From: an uncultured delta proteobacterium
GTDB lineage: Bacteria > Desulfobacterota > Desulfobacteria > Desulfobacterales > UBA2156
Direction of reading: 5' to 3'
Length of the DNA: 64,000 bases
Assembly: GCA_963736855.1 (NCBI GenBank)
Contig: CAVTQK010000013.1
Location: 32,001 to 96,000 of the forward strand
Made by a program: the position numbers and the translations under genes. The notes beneath the pieces were generated by a model, which saw only the letters and a list, made by a program, of their open reading frames with translations, did not search any database and had not been told where the DNA came from. This document shows, one piece after another, positions 41,093-51,339 of this stretch. Every line of letters begins with the position of its first letter. Within the stretch, counting starts at the first letter, position 1.

Positions 41093-43241
41093 ATGAAAAT
41101 CGATAAAATTTTTTTAAAAAGCAAAGTTGCCAAAAGAATTTATATCCAGTTTATTCTTTGCGCGATTGTTCCGATAGTGGCCCTAGCCCTGATTTCTTTC
41201 ATTCAAGTTACGGCAGAATTAGAAAAGCAAGGTAAAACCCGTCTTCATGAATCCACACAAACGGTCGGCATTCTGATCTTTGAACGCCTTAATTTGATCG
41301 AGAAATATTTGAAGGCCCTTTCCATGAAAGCGGTTTCAGATGCCTACGATGGGTTAGAAATCATTTCCGATGAGAATATGGAACCCTTTGCCAGGCGATT
41401 CACATCGATCACGGGGATCTCTTCTGATCGTAAAATCATTTATTTGGGGAATCCAAACAGACTTCCGACCCTCAGCGATGTTCAAAAACTGCACCTTCTG
41501 TCCCACGGGGCGCTGATAACAATCACCGATCAGAATCTGCAAGAGCCGAAAATCTGGATGGTCGTGGCGTCCTCTTCAATCAACGGCACCCATCAGTATT
41601 TCTATGGAGAAATAAATACTCTGCATCTTATGGCTTCAGATCAAGATCTGGTCCTCCCCGAGGAAACTCACCTGTTTCTTTTGGATGATCACAATGAACT
41701 GATTTTTTCTTCCTGTGCCCGGCCCCCTGACTTCAAAAAAGAACGATTCATGAATCAAACCCGATCTTCGATTTCTTCTTTTTCGATGACGCATGACAAC
41801 AAAGATCAGATCGTTGCTTATTGGTCTATTTTTTTGAGATTCAACTGGTTTTATCCTAGTATAAAGGTTGTCGGGATGTCTTCCAAAACCCATATTCTTT
41901 CTCCGATCATCTTCTTTAAAAAAGTTTTCCCCTTTGTGGTTCTTTCGGCGTTATTGATGGCTCTGCTCTTAAGCTCCATTCAAATTCGAAAAATTACCCT
42001 GCCTTTGGAAAAACTGAAGGATGGAACTAAACAGATCGCAATCAGTAATTTTGAAAGCCGGGTAAACATATCGAGCAAGGATGAATTCGAGGACCTGGGA
42101 ACTTCTTTCAATGAAATGACGGGACAACTGAAAAGTCAATTTGACGCCCTGGCAACTATGGCGGAGATTGACCGAGCTATTCTGTCCTCTCTAAGTGTAA
42201 AGGAAATTGCCGAAACCGTAACCCGTCGGATGAAGGAACTCCTGAAATGTGACGCAGTCTTCCTTTATCTTTCAGAATCGAATGCCGAATCCGATTCAAA
42301 GACTTACCTGAACGCTAAGGGACAAACCGTCCTCGAGCTTCCTTTCATCAAGAAAAAAGAGCTTATTAATGTCATCCAGGAAAAAGAAGTAGTCCTGATT
42401 GAAGACAACTATCCGGATTTTCTTCAAGCTTTTGTATCCAAGGGCTACACATCTTTTGCCCTTTTCCCCATCTATTTGAAATCAGCTCTGGTCGGCGTCA
42501 TCATTCTCGGATCATTCGTAAAACAATCGAATATTGCTGACTGCATTCAGCATGCAAAAAAGATTTCAAACCAGGTGGCAGTGGCGCTTTCCAATGCATT
42601 TCTTCTTGAGGAGTTGAAGTGGTCGAACTGGGGCACCCTCGAAGCTCTCGCGCGCACCGTGGATGCTAAATCTTCGTGGACTGCAGGACATTCAGAACGT
42701 GTGGCAGAAAAAGCGGGTCGTTTGGGCATGCTATTGGGTCTCGACGATGAAGAAGTGGACAATCTGCACCGCGGCGCGTTGCTTCACGATATCGGAAAAA
42801 TCGGAATCCCCGGTCAATATCCTCGACAAACCCGGAAAATACAGCGAAACAGAAAATTTTTTAATGATGGAACATCCGAGAAAGGCTGCCCGGATTCTTG
42901 AACCCATTAAAAGCTATGCCCCGATTATTCCCATGATCTTACATCATCATGAAAATTTTAATGGAAGCGGATATCCGGGTGGGCTGATGGGTGAAAATAT
43001 CAGTTTTTCAGGCAGGATTCTTGCCGTAGTCGATGTTTATGATGCCCTGACTTCGAATCGACCTTACAGGGAAAAGTGGTCTCAAGAAAAGGCGATCAGC
43101 TTCATCAAACGAGAAATCGGGAAAAAATTCGACCCTAAGATCGCGGATGCTTTTTTAAAAATGATCATGGAAGATACAATCGAAAAAGAACCGGACACCC
43201 GGGAGCCTTCCCGACCCATTGCACTTTCTGTGAAGGCTTAA
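41093..43241 (+). CDS. Membrane HAMP-GAF-HD-GYP phosphodiesterase, frameshift near 42812
   Basis: Two TM helices flanking a periplasmic region; HAMP (PL..L, DE..DL..SFN.M); GAF; TAGHSERV, LLHDIGKIGIP; HHE..NGSGYP and DALTS.RPYR in the second ORF. Confidence 0.88.
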
Positions 43242-43285
43242 AAAGGTATTTGATCTTCATCAATGCTATGGAATCCGAAAGACCC

Positions 43286-43675
43286 ATGAAAAGCGACAAA
43301 TTCCTTTTCCTGATTTGTATTCTCCTTAGTATCGCCACCCTTTCATCGGTTGGATGCAAGCCTCGGATTTCCGAGCCGCTTCCCCCCGCCGTGCTGGGTG
43401 AATGGAGAACCGATGACCCGAAATTCACCGGTTTCTCGTTTGTCATCGAAGATGATTTTCTCTCCTTTAAAGACCAGAACGCCGAAAAAAAAATTGAGCG
43501 AAATAAAATTTTCAAAATTGAAAAAACTGAACTAGCGTTAAAAACGCTCTACACCCTTTATTGCAAAAACGAGGAAGGAATTGACATCGTTTTTGCCCTA
43601 TATTTTCAAAATGGCCCGGACGGCTCCATCCGACTTAAGAATCAAAATCGATTTCTCTGGAAGAAAATGCCTTGA
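43286..43675 (+). CDS. Hypothetical lipoprotein
   Basis: MKSDK + hydrophobic stretch + SVG-C lipobox-like site. Confidence 0.55.
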   Translation: MKSDKFLFLICILLSIATLSSVGCKPRISEPLPPAVLGEWRTDDPKFTGFSFVIEDDFLSFKDQNAEKKIERNKIFKIEKTELALKTLYTLYCKNEEGIDIVFALYFQNGPDGSIRLKNQNRFLWKKMP

Positions 43676-43785
43676 CTTTTTCAGAATAAGAAGTTTCGCC
43701 TCATCGGATTTTCAAAAAATTCTTCTAAACCAAGTCCATATCCCGGCTGTCCAAGGTCTTTTCATCAAGTCCATCAAGCCTTCGT

Positions 43786-44202
43786 TTATAGCTCAGAAGT
43801 ACAATGGGGACAGCGCGTCGCCTTGATCGGAATGATAGAACAGCATCGGGGACATTCCCTGGTCTCTGGCGCTGCAGCCGGCGCCTCTGCTTTCTTGAAG
43901 CGGTTGATTTGTTTGATGAGGATAAAGATCGCAAAGGCGACGATGATAAAATCCAAAACGGTATTGATGAATGTGCCGTACTTGATGGTAACCGCCGCCG
44001 CATCCGGGGTTTTCTCCTTGAGCGTAAGGGCCAGTTGCGAAAAATCGACTTTTCCCAGAAGCACGCCAATGGGAGGCATGATGACGTCGCTGACCAGGGA
44101 ACTGATGATCTTGCCGAACGCACCGCCGATGATGATGCCGACAGCCATGTCCATCACATTCCCGCGCATTGCAAATTCTTTAAACTCTTTAAAAACAGGC
44201 AT
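43786..44202 (-). CDS. mscL: Large-conductance mechanosensitive channel with C-terminal zinc-ribbon-like extension
   Basis: [24 protein letters not shown] and YG.FI...LDF.IVAF; tail CPRC...RCPHC. Confidence 0.95.
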   Translation of the reverse strand: MPVFKEFKEFAMRGNVMDMAVGIIIGGAFGKIISSLVSDVIMPPIGVLLGKVDFSQLALTLKEKTPDAAAVTIKYGTFINTVLDFIIVAFAIFILIKQINRFKKAEAPAAAPETRECPRCCSIIPIKATRCPHCTSEL

Positions 44203-44265
44203 TTGTAAGTCCTTTCTGCTTGGATTCAACAAATCGATAAGTTTTTTTTACGGTGTTTCCTGTAA

Positions 44266-45690
44266 TCACCGCTCTTTGTCCAAATCTTTAAGGGCCGATT
44301 CGATTTTTTCTTTTTTCTGGGATTCGGTGATCAATTCCTTCGCCCGTTGAAGGTGAAAGCGGGCGCTTGCGGCATTTCCGGTCTTATAAAAATGCATCCC
44401 CAAATAATAATGGACCAAGTCCGCACGCCCCTTATTCTGGTAGATCTCCCCTAAAAAGTAATCCAACTGCACAAGGTCCGGATTTTTTTCGGCAATGGTG
44501 AGAAAGGCCGTTTCCGCGGAATCGGTTTGTCCAAGGGCGGCCAGAGACCTGGCCAAATAAAAGAGACCTTCCGGATTTTGAGAAGGACTATCGGCTATAC
44601 TGGAAAGGGTCTTGAGAGCCTCTTCATACCGCCCCTGGAAAAAATAGATCTTTCCCATTTCTGCCAGGAGATTTTTGTCAAAAGCGTTTTGAGCCAAGGC
44701 AGTCCGGATGTGTGAAAGGGCTTCCTCATATCGGTTTTCACGAGTCAAAACAATGGCATATCCATAGTGTGCCATGACATCGTCAGGATTTTTCGATATC
44801 TTTGCCTGGAATTGCCTGAGCGCTGTCCCAGGGTCTTGGCACAGTGCAACCAGCCGCGTATGAACCATTTCAAAGGAGTTGGGATCCTTTGGTTCCAGTT
44901 TTTTTGGGGTATGGTTTTGGATGTAAGCATCGATATAAACCATCCGATCCTCGGAGGCCGGATGGGTCGAAAGGTAATTGGGGATCTGATCCGAGCCGAA
45001 CCATTGCTTACTCCGGATCTTGCGCAGCATGGTCAGCAGACCGTTTCCTTCGTATCCCGCGTCATACAGGTATTGCATCCCGATCTGATCGGCCTGTATC
45101 TCGTCTTCACGGCTGAAGGCCAACACCGCAGATTGGGCGGCGGCGGCTGACCCGATAGCGAGGGCGTTTCCAGCGGCGGACGCCCCTCCTGCGCCCAAAA
45201 AAATACCGGCCACCATCCCGGCTATCGCCGCGATGCCGATCTTCTTGGCTCTTTCGATCTTTTCGGAGATGTGTCGACACTGAACATGAGCGATCTCATG
45301 GGCAAGGATCCCGGCAAGCTCCGCCTCCCCTTCCATCGCTTCCAGCAATCCGCTGTTGACGAAGATATGGCCGCCCGGACCTGCAAAGGCATTGTAAACC
45401 TCTTCCTCAACCACGTAGAACCGAAAGGCAAAAGGCGGCTCGGGCATCACGGATATTATCCTTTTCCCTATGGCATTGATGTAGGACAGGATTAAAGGAT
45501 CTTTAAGGAGCTTGTAGTTGTCGTTGACCACCTTCAGAAATTCCTTGGCCAGGTCCTCTTCCTGTTTGATGGAAAGGGCTTCGGCGTTTCCTGGAACTCC
45601 GATCCCAAGAACTATAAGCGATATCAGGGCCATCGATATGATTTTTTGAATGAGATTCACCGGATTTCTCTTTGTTAATCCGCTTTCCAA
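44266..45690 (-). CDS. M48 family metalloprotease with TPR repeats (BepA/YfgC-like)
   Basis: NAFA.PGG, HEIAH, SR..E..AD, YLSTHP, TPR-rich C-terminus. Confidence 0.9.
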   Translation of the reverse strand: MESGLTKRNPVNLIQKIISMALISLIVLGIGVPGNAEALSIKQEEDLAKEFLKVVNDNYKLLKDPLILSYINAIGKRIISVMPEPPFAFRFYVVEEEVYNAFAGPGGHIFVNSGLLEAMEGEAELAGILAHEIAHVQCRHISEKIERAKKIGIAAIAGMVAGIFLGAGGASAAGNALAIGSAAAAQSAVLAFSREDEIQADQIGMQYLYDAGYEGNGLLTMLRKIRSKQWFGSDQIPNYLSTHPASEDRMVYIDAYIQNHTPKKLEPKDPNSFEMVHTRLVALCQDPGTALRQFQAKISKNPDDVMAHYGYAIVLTRENRYEEALSHIRTALAQNAFDKNLLAEMGKIYFFQGRYEEALKTLSSIADSPSQNPEGLFYLARSLAALGQTDSAETAFLTIAEKNPDLVQLDYFLGEIYQNKGRADLVHYYLGMHFYKTGNAASARFHLQRAKELITESQKKEKIESALKDLDKER

Positions 45691-45719
45691 CCGTTTCGAT
45701 CTATGTTAGAAATATATTT

Positions 45720-46484
45720 ATGCCACAAATTTTGTGCATTGCCAATCAGAAAGGGGGGGTCGGGAAAACCACCACGGCCATCAACCTATCCGCGGCATTG
45801 GCTGTTTTTAAGAAGAAAATTCTCCTGGTGGATTGCGATCCCCAGGCCAACGCTACCACCGGTGTTGGGATTGACAAGGCTTCCCTCAAGCGTACCCTTT
45901 ATCATGGGTTGATCCAAAAAGATGCAGCAAAGAACCTGATCGTGGACACAGAGATTCAAACCCTGAAGGTCATCCCATCCCGTGTTGAACTTATTGGGTT
46001 TGAACTGGAGATGATGGAGGCGCCGGAACGGGAAAAGGCTTTGAAAAGGCTCATTGATGAGTTGAGATCCGATTTCGACTACATCATCCTGGATTGCCCG
46101 CCGGCCCTTGGCCTTTTGACCCTCAATGCCATGACCGCCGCCGATGCGCTGCTTATTCCTCTTCAATGCGAATTTTATGCCTTAGAGGGACTGGGTCAAC
46201 TCATCCAAACCATCAAACGGGTCCGGGAGCATCTGAACCCGCGCCTTAAAATCTCCGGAATCCTCTTGACCATGTTCGACACCCGGACCAACCTATCCCA
46301 CCAGGTAGCCGAGAACGCCGCCAAATATTTCAAGTCCCTGCTGTTCAAGACCCGAATACCGAGAAACGTCCGCCTGGGGGAAGCACCCAGCTTCGGAAAA
46401 CCGATCCTCTTGTACGACGCCGCCTCTCCCGGCGCCTTGAGTTACCTCTCTTTAGCCAAAGAAATCCTGAACCCCAGATCCTAA
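45720..46484 (+). CDS. parA: Chromosome partitioning ATPase ParA/Soj
   Basis: NQKGGVGKTT, DCDPQAN, DCPP, QCEFYALEG, IPRNVRL.EAPSFG. Confidence 0.95.
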   Translation: MPQILCIANQKGGVGKTTTAINLSAALAVFKKKILLVDCDPQANATTGVGIDKASLKRTLYHGLIQKDAAKNLIVDTEIQTLKVIPSRVELIGFELEMMEAPEREKALKRLIDELRSDFDYIILDCPPALGLLTLNAMTAADALLIPLQCEFYALEGLGQLIQTIKRVREHLNPRLKISGILLTMFDTRTNLSHQVAENAAKYFKSLLFKTRIPRNVRLGEAPSFGKPILLYDAASPGALSYLSLAKEILNPRS

Positions 46485-46491
46485 GGAAGCC

Positions 46492-47400
46492 ATGAAAACA
46501 CAAAACAACCCGAAAGGATCCGAACCCGGGAAAAAAAAGCCCCCGAAAATTGCTTTAGGACGAGGTTTCGATGCCCTGTTCCCGGACTTGGAGCTCGTGG
46601 AAACCGAGAAAAAGGGGTATTTTTTATGCGATATGGATCTGATTCATCCTAACCGATTTCAACCCCGGGTTCTTTTTTCGGAAGCCGAGCTGGCGGAGCT
46701 GTCGAAATCCATTAAGGAAAAAGGGGTCATCCAGCCTATTGTGGTCCGAAAGGATGAACCCGGATATGAAATCGTGGCAGGCGAAAGACGGTTTCGAGCC
46801 GCAAAAATGGCCGGTCTTTCCCAAATTCCGGCTATGCTTGTGTCGATCAAAGACGATGAGCTTTTGGAAATGTCCATCGTGGAAAACATCCAAAGGGAAG
46901 ACCTCAACCCCGTCGAAGAGGCCGAAGCCTACCATCGCCTAATGACCCAATTCCATCTGACCCAGGAGCAGGTATCCGAACGGGTGGGTAAAAACCGCTC
47001 CACCGTCGCCAATTTCTTGAGGCTCCGCCTGCTTCCCGGCGAAATCAGAGACTATCTTTTGAAAGATGAGTTGAGCATGGGGCATGCCCGTGCCCTCTTA
47101 GGCGCAAACACCCCGGCCCGCCAGATCCAAGCCTGCCGTCAGGTATTAGCAAAAAAGCTTTCAGTCCGGCAGACCGAGGCAATGGTCAGGCGGATGCAGT
47201 CTGCATCCGAATCCCCGACAAAAAGAGTCGCAAAAACCGATGATTCATATTTTTCGGACCTTGCCGATGGATTATCGAGACACTTTGGAACCCGGGTTCA
47301 AATCAAACGGCGGGGACATACCGGAAAGATTGAGATCGATTTCTACACCGACGAAGATCTGGACCGGCTGCTGCGCATGTTAAAATCCACGACTATTTAA
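46492..47400 (+). CDS. parB: Chromosome partitioning protein ParB/Spo0J
   Basis: LGRG...L, QPR, GERRFRA, ENIQREDL, GK.RS.VAN.LRL. Confidence 0.95.
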   Translation: MKTQNNPKGSEPGKKKPPKIALGRGFDALFPDLELVETEKKGYFLCDMDLIHPNRFQPRVLFSEAELAELSKSIKEKGVIQPIVVRKDEPGYEIVAGERRFRAAKMAGLSQIPAMLVSIKDDELLEMSIVENIQREDLNPVEEAEAYHRLMTQFHLTQEQVSERVGKNRSTVANFLRLRLLPGEIRDYLLKDELSMGHARALLGANTPARQIQACRQVLAKKLSVRQTEAMVRRMQSASESPTKRVAKTDDSYFSDLADGLSRHFGTRVQIKRRGHTGKIEIDFYTDEDLDRLLRMLKSTTI

Positions 47401-47425
47401 AGAAAATCAGGGTTTAAAATATCCG

Positions 47426-47953
47426 ATGGCGCTTCACATCCTGATCGACGGCTATAATCTGATCAAAAGCGATGCCATACCCGGACTTCAAGACATTCCG
47501 GACTTACAACGGCAGCGCGAAGCGCTGATCGAAAGGCTTATTGAATATAACCGTTTGAAGCGCCACCCCATAACCTTGGTCTTCGACGCCACCCATGCCC
47601 CGGGACCCCTGCACCGAAAGGAGCGGGTGGGCGGCATCGATGTCCGCTTTTCACGACTCGGCCAGACTGCGGATGCACTGATTAAAAACATGGTTGCTAA
47701 ACAGCGGGAACAGGCCCTGGTGGTCACTGCAGATCAGGATATCGCCCGGTTTGCGGAGTTAAAGGGAGCCACCGTGGTGTCCTGTTTGGATTTTGGAGAA
47801 AGAATCAGCCGGGTGGAAATGATGGAAGAACGCTTTTTTGATTCGGAAGAATCCATGGAAGAAGGATGGACTCCCACGACCCGGAAAAAAGGGCCTGCCA
47901 AGCGCCCTTCGAAAAAAGATAGAAAAACGCTCTTGAAGATAAAAAAATTGTAA
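47426..47953 (+). CDS. NYN domain (YacP/Rae1-like) protein
   Basis: IDGYNL, LVFDA, FS....TAD..I and VVT.D motifs. Confidence 0.85.
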   Translation: MALHILIDGYNLIKSDAIPGLQDIPDLQRQREALIERLIEYNRLKRHPITLVFDATHAPGPLHRKERVGGIDVRFSRLGQTADALIKNMVAKQREQALVVTADQDIARFAELKGATVVSCLDFGERISRVEMMEERFFDSEESMEEGWTPTTRKKGPAKRPSKKDRKTLLKIKKL

Positions 47954-47966
47954 GGGGTTTTAAAGG

Positions 47967-48386
47967 ATGAAACGGATCTGTGTCATCGACGGTCAGGGCG
48001 GGGGCATCGGGAGTGCTGTCATCAAGAAACTCAAAGAGGTTTTCGAGGAACGCATCGAAATCATTGCTTTAGGGACCAATGCCATTGCAACATCTCAGAT
48101 GCTGAAAGCCCGCGCCAATCGCGGCGCCTCCGGGGAGAATGCCATCATCCAGACCGTCAAATCGGCGGATGTGATCATCGGCACCATTGGGATCGTCTTG
48201 GCCAACGCCATGATGGGAGAAGTGACACACGGTATGGCCGAGGCGGTGGCGACAAGCCCTGCCAGGAAAATCCTGATTCCTTTGTCCCAGGAGCCGCTGG
48301 AGGTGGTGGGCATTACCCGGGCACCGCTTCCCCATTTAATCGAGGAACTGGTTTGCGAAAACCTGAAAAGTTTTCTTCAGATGTAA
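47967..48386 (+). CDS. DUF3842 family protein
   Basis: VIDGQGGGIG, ALGTN.IAT..MLKA.A..GASGENA. Confidence 0.85.
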   Translation: MKRICVIDGQGGGIGSAVIKKLKEVFEERIEIIALGTNAIATSQMLKARANRGASGENAIIQTVKSADVIIGTIGIVLANAMMGEVTHGMAEAVATSPARKILIPLSQEPLEVVGITRAPLPHLIEELVCENLKSFLQM

Positions 48387-48403
48387 TAGAAAGGATCGCT
48401 ATC

Positions 48404-48598
48404 ATGTGTGAAGCCAACGCCTACCTGATCTCAGAAAATGAAAAAACCCTTGTTATGGAAGCCGTCGATACGGTGGAACCTGAAGAAGACGGCTTGAAGC
48501 TGGTCAACATTTTCGGAGAACAAAAATTTGTGAAAGCCCATATCCATTCCCTATCCTTGGTTGACCACAACATTTATCTGAAATCCGAAACAAAATAA
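48404..48598 (+). CDS. CooT family nickel-binding protein
   Basis: MCEANAY...ME.V...IFGEQK...LVDH.I. Confidence 0.85.
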   Translation: MCEANAYLISENEKTLVMEAVDTVEPEEDGLKLVNIFGEQKFVKAHIHSLSLVDHNIYLKSETK

Positions 48599-48708
48599 GC
48601 TGGCTACCTCAAGACGGCAGCTTCAGGGGCTGGAGATTTGAGGGATCGAGAATTCAAGCAAAATCCCCCAGTTTATCGAATCCTTGTCCCCTTAACCTTT
48701 TCTGAATC

Positions 48709-50439
48709 ATGAAAATCGTTGTCGCCAAAACCGCCGGGTTCTGTATGGGTGTGCGCAGGGCCGTAGAACTCGTTTTGGATCTTCCTAAAAAATATCCGGA
48801 ACCGATTTGCACCTATGGTCCCCTCATCCACAATCCCCAGGTTATAGCTCTATTGGAAGAAAAAGGGATCTACACCCTGAAGGAGATCCCTGAAAAGGGG
48901 TCGGGAACGATCCTGATCCGCGCCCATGGGGTGCCGCCGGAGGTTAAAAAGCAGCTTCAGGAGTCGGGGATGGTCGTGGTGGATGCCACCTGTCCTCGCG
49001 TGATCAAGGTTCAGACCATCATCCGCAAATATGCCGGGCAAGGATATGCCTGTATCATCATCGGCGACAGGGATCACCCGGAAGTGATCGGCCTGTTGGG
49101 ATACGCCGGAAACAGCGGGCATGCGGCAGCCAATATAGAAGACCTTGCGGGGCTGCCTGGGTTCGAAAAAGCGATCGTCGTCGCGCAGACCACCCAGAAC
49201 ACGGTATTGTTTGAACAAGTCCGCCAATGGACGAATCGGCATTTCCCGCATTATAAAGTATTTAACACCATCTGCGACTCCACCGAAAAACGGCAGGCGG
49301 AAATCAGCCATCTGGCCGATACCGTGGATGCAGTAGTAGTAGTAGGTGGCAAAAGCAGCGGAAACACCCAGCGTCTCTTCGAAATTGCCAGGGGGAAAGG
49401 GAAACCCGCCTTCCATGTTGAAACCGAGGCCGAATTGGATGAGTCCCTGGCCAAAGCCCAGCGGGTGGGGATCACGGCCGGAGCCTCCACGCCCAACTGG
49501 GTACTTCGCCGGGTCTATCGGGAGCTGCAAGCCCTTCCGTTTCGGAAAGGGAAAGGGTGGCGAAGCCGGTGGTTCACCCTGGAGAGGACCCTCCTGCTCA
49601 CCAGCACCTACCTGGCTCTCGGTGCGGGAGCCACTTGCTATGCCGGTGCCATGCTCCAGGGGATTCCGGACTATTTCCCTCACATGCTCATCACCATTTT
49701 ATATGTGCAGTCCATGCACATCCTGAACAACCTGATCGGCAGAAAGGCGGACCGATACAATGAGCCGGATCGAGCCTTTTTTTATGACGATCACAAAGCC
49801 CTTCTTTCCAAGCTGGCGGTCCTTGCCGGAGGCGCGGGCCTTGTTGCCGCCTATACCTTGGGGACGCTCCCGTTTTTCGTTCTGCTTTCCATGAGTGTCA
49901 CCGGGCTTTCATACAACATGAACATCCTCCCTGGATGGATCGGAAAAGGAAAATACCGTCGCATTCGGGATATCCCCGGATCCAAAACCGTCCTGATTGC
50001 GCTGGCATGGGGAATCGTAACATCGGTTTTTCCCGCCCTGACCACCCTCAGGACATTCACCGCAGGGAACGCGATGGCCTTTTTATGGGCATCGGGTCTT
50101 GTCTTTACCAGGACCGCCTTCTTTGACATTCTGGACATGCAGGGAGACCGCATCGTCGGCAGAGAAACGCTGCCCATACTTTTGGGAGAAAAACAAACGC
50201 TTAACGTGTTGAAGGTGATGCTCATCGCCATCATGGGGCTCCTTGCGGGATCCGCAGCCATGGGCGCTGTGACGTCCCTGGGGTATCTGCTTCTTATGCC
50301 TGTTTTTTCCCTGCTGATTGTTGTTATGACCCACGAAAAAGGGCACATGCTTCCCGGAATCCGGCTGGAGTTTTTGGTGGATACCCACTTTATCATGGGG
50401 GGTTTTCTCGCGTTGATATGGGCATTGGGGAAAGGTTGA
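48709..50439 (+). CDS. ispH: 4-hydroxy-3-methylbut-2-enyl diphosphate reductase fused to a UbiA-like membrane domain
   Basis: AGFCMGV.RA, HN, RAHG, DATCP, QTT, TICDST..RQ, SGNT, TAGASTP; then ~290 aa multi-TM domain with DILDMQGD...G.ETLP. Confidence 0.92.
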   Translation: MKIVVAKTAGFCMGVRRAVELVLDLPKKYPEPICTYGPLIHNPQVIALLEEKGIYTLKEIPEKGSGTILIRAHGVPPEVKKQLQESGMVVVDATCPRVIKVQTIIRKYAGQGYACIIIGDRDHPEVIGLLGYAGNSGHAAANIEDLAGLPGFEKAIVVAQTTQNTVLFEQVRQWTNRHFPHYKVFNTICDSTEKRQAEISHLADTVDAVVVVGGKSSGNTQRLFEIARGKGKPAFHVETEAELDESLAKAQRVGITAGASTPNWVLRRVYRELQALPFRKGKGWRSRWFTLERTLLLTSTYLALGAGATCYAGAMLQGIPDYFPHMLITILYVQSMHILNNLIGRKADRYNEPDRAFFYDDHKALLSKLAVLAGGAGLVAAYTLGTLPFFVLLSMSVTGLSYNMNILPGWIGKGKYRRIRDIPGSKTVLIALAWGIVTSVFPALTTLRTFTAGNAMAFLWASGLVFTRTAFFDILDMQGDRIVGRETLPILLGEKQTLNVLKVMLIAIMGLLAGSAAMGAVTSLGYLLLMPVFSLLIVVMTHEKGHMLPGIRLEFLVDTHFIMGGFLALIWALGKG

Positions 50440-50627
50440 TGAAATCGTAAAAAAGCTATTTTTGCTCGCTTCGTGATCATTTTCGGGAGATGCTCACGGC
50501 TTCTCTAAATTTCAAGAACTCGGCGCAAGCGCCTCAAACAGCTTGAAATTATTAACGCTCAGCCGTTCGCATCTCTTTTTCCGAAAATGCTCAAATCTCG
50601 CTTGCAAAAGCTTTTTACGAAGCCATC
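50438..50627. mobile_element. 190-bp MITE, inverted near-identical copy of 25469..25658
   Basis: Flanked by AAGGTT on both sides (50432-50437, 50628-50633); only two differences from the other copy seen by eye. Confidence 0.85.
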
Positions 50628-50652
50628 AAGGTTAACCGCAACGAATCACAAA

Positions 50653-51264
50653 TCAAAGGAAAGGAGGCTCGACGCCCCGGATCAGTCGCCGGATATTGTC
50701 CTTATGTCGAATCGATATCAGAAAGGCTGAAGTAATCGCAAATCCGGTGAAAACCGGGGAAAAGGTTGCCTGCCAAATGACCACCGGAGCCGTCAGGGCC
50801 GATGAAAGAGAAGCCAGAGAGACTCGGTTGAAATAACAGAGCATCATCATGAAAACCATCACAAGGATCAGAAGGGCAACCGGAGAAATGGCTCCAAAAC
50901 ATCCCGCAGCGGTAGCCACCCCCTTTCCGCCGCCTCTAAATCGGGTATAGATCGGAAACAGATGCCCGAGGACGGCCAGAAATGCGATGAGCGCCATGTA
51001 TAGCTCACCCCATAAATCCGGCGCCGGAAAGAGGCCTTTTGCGATCACCACAGGCAGTACCCCCTTGCCGATATCCCCTAAAAGTGTCAAGAGACCTAGG
51101 ATCCAGCCGGTGGTTCTTTTTACGTTGGTGGCACCAATGTTGCCGCTTCCTTCCCTCGTGATATCGACGGCTGAAAAGGCCCGGGTCAAAAGCATCCCCC
51201 AAGGAATCGACCCTACCAGAAAAGCCGCCGGAGGCAAGAATAACAGCTCCATCCACCATGTCAT
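50653..51264 (-). CDS. plsY: Glycerol-3-phosphate acyltransferase
   Basis: GSIP.G, GSGNIGATN..R, D..KG, GH.FP, GGKGVAT, RH..NI.RL..G.E. Confidence 0.95.
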   Translation of the reverse strand: MTWWMELLFLPPAAFLVGSIPWGMLLTRAFSAVDITREGSGNIGATNVKRTTGWILGLLTLLGDIGKGVLPVVIAKGLFPAPDLWGELYMALIAFLAVLGHLFPIYTRFRGGGKGVATAAGCFGAISPVALLILVMVFMMMLCYFNRVSLASLSSALTAPVVIWQATFSPVFTGFAITSAFLISIRHKDNIRRLIRGVEPPFL

Positions 51265-51339
51265 GATGTTTTTTCCTTATCTTTTCCAGAAAGCGGCAAC
51301 CGCCCGTATCGGATCCCACCGGGGCCGAAGAGGTTTCGC

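Noticed and set aside
45672..47400. parS site near parAB
   Set aside because: No GTTTCACGTGAAAC-like palindrome found by eye.
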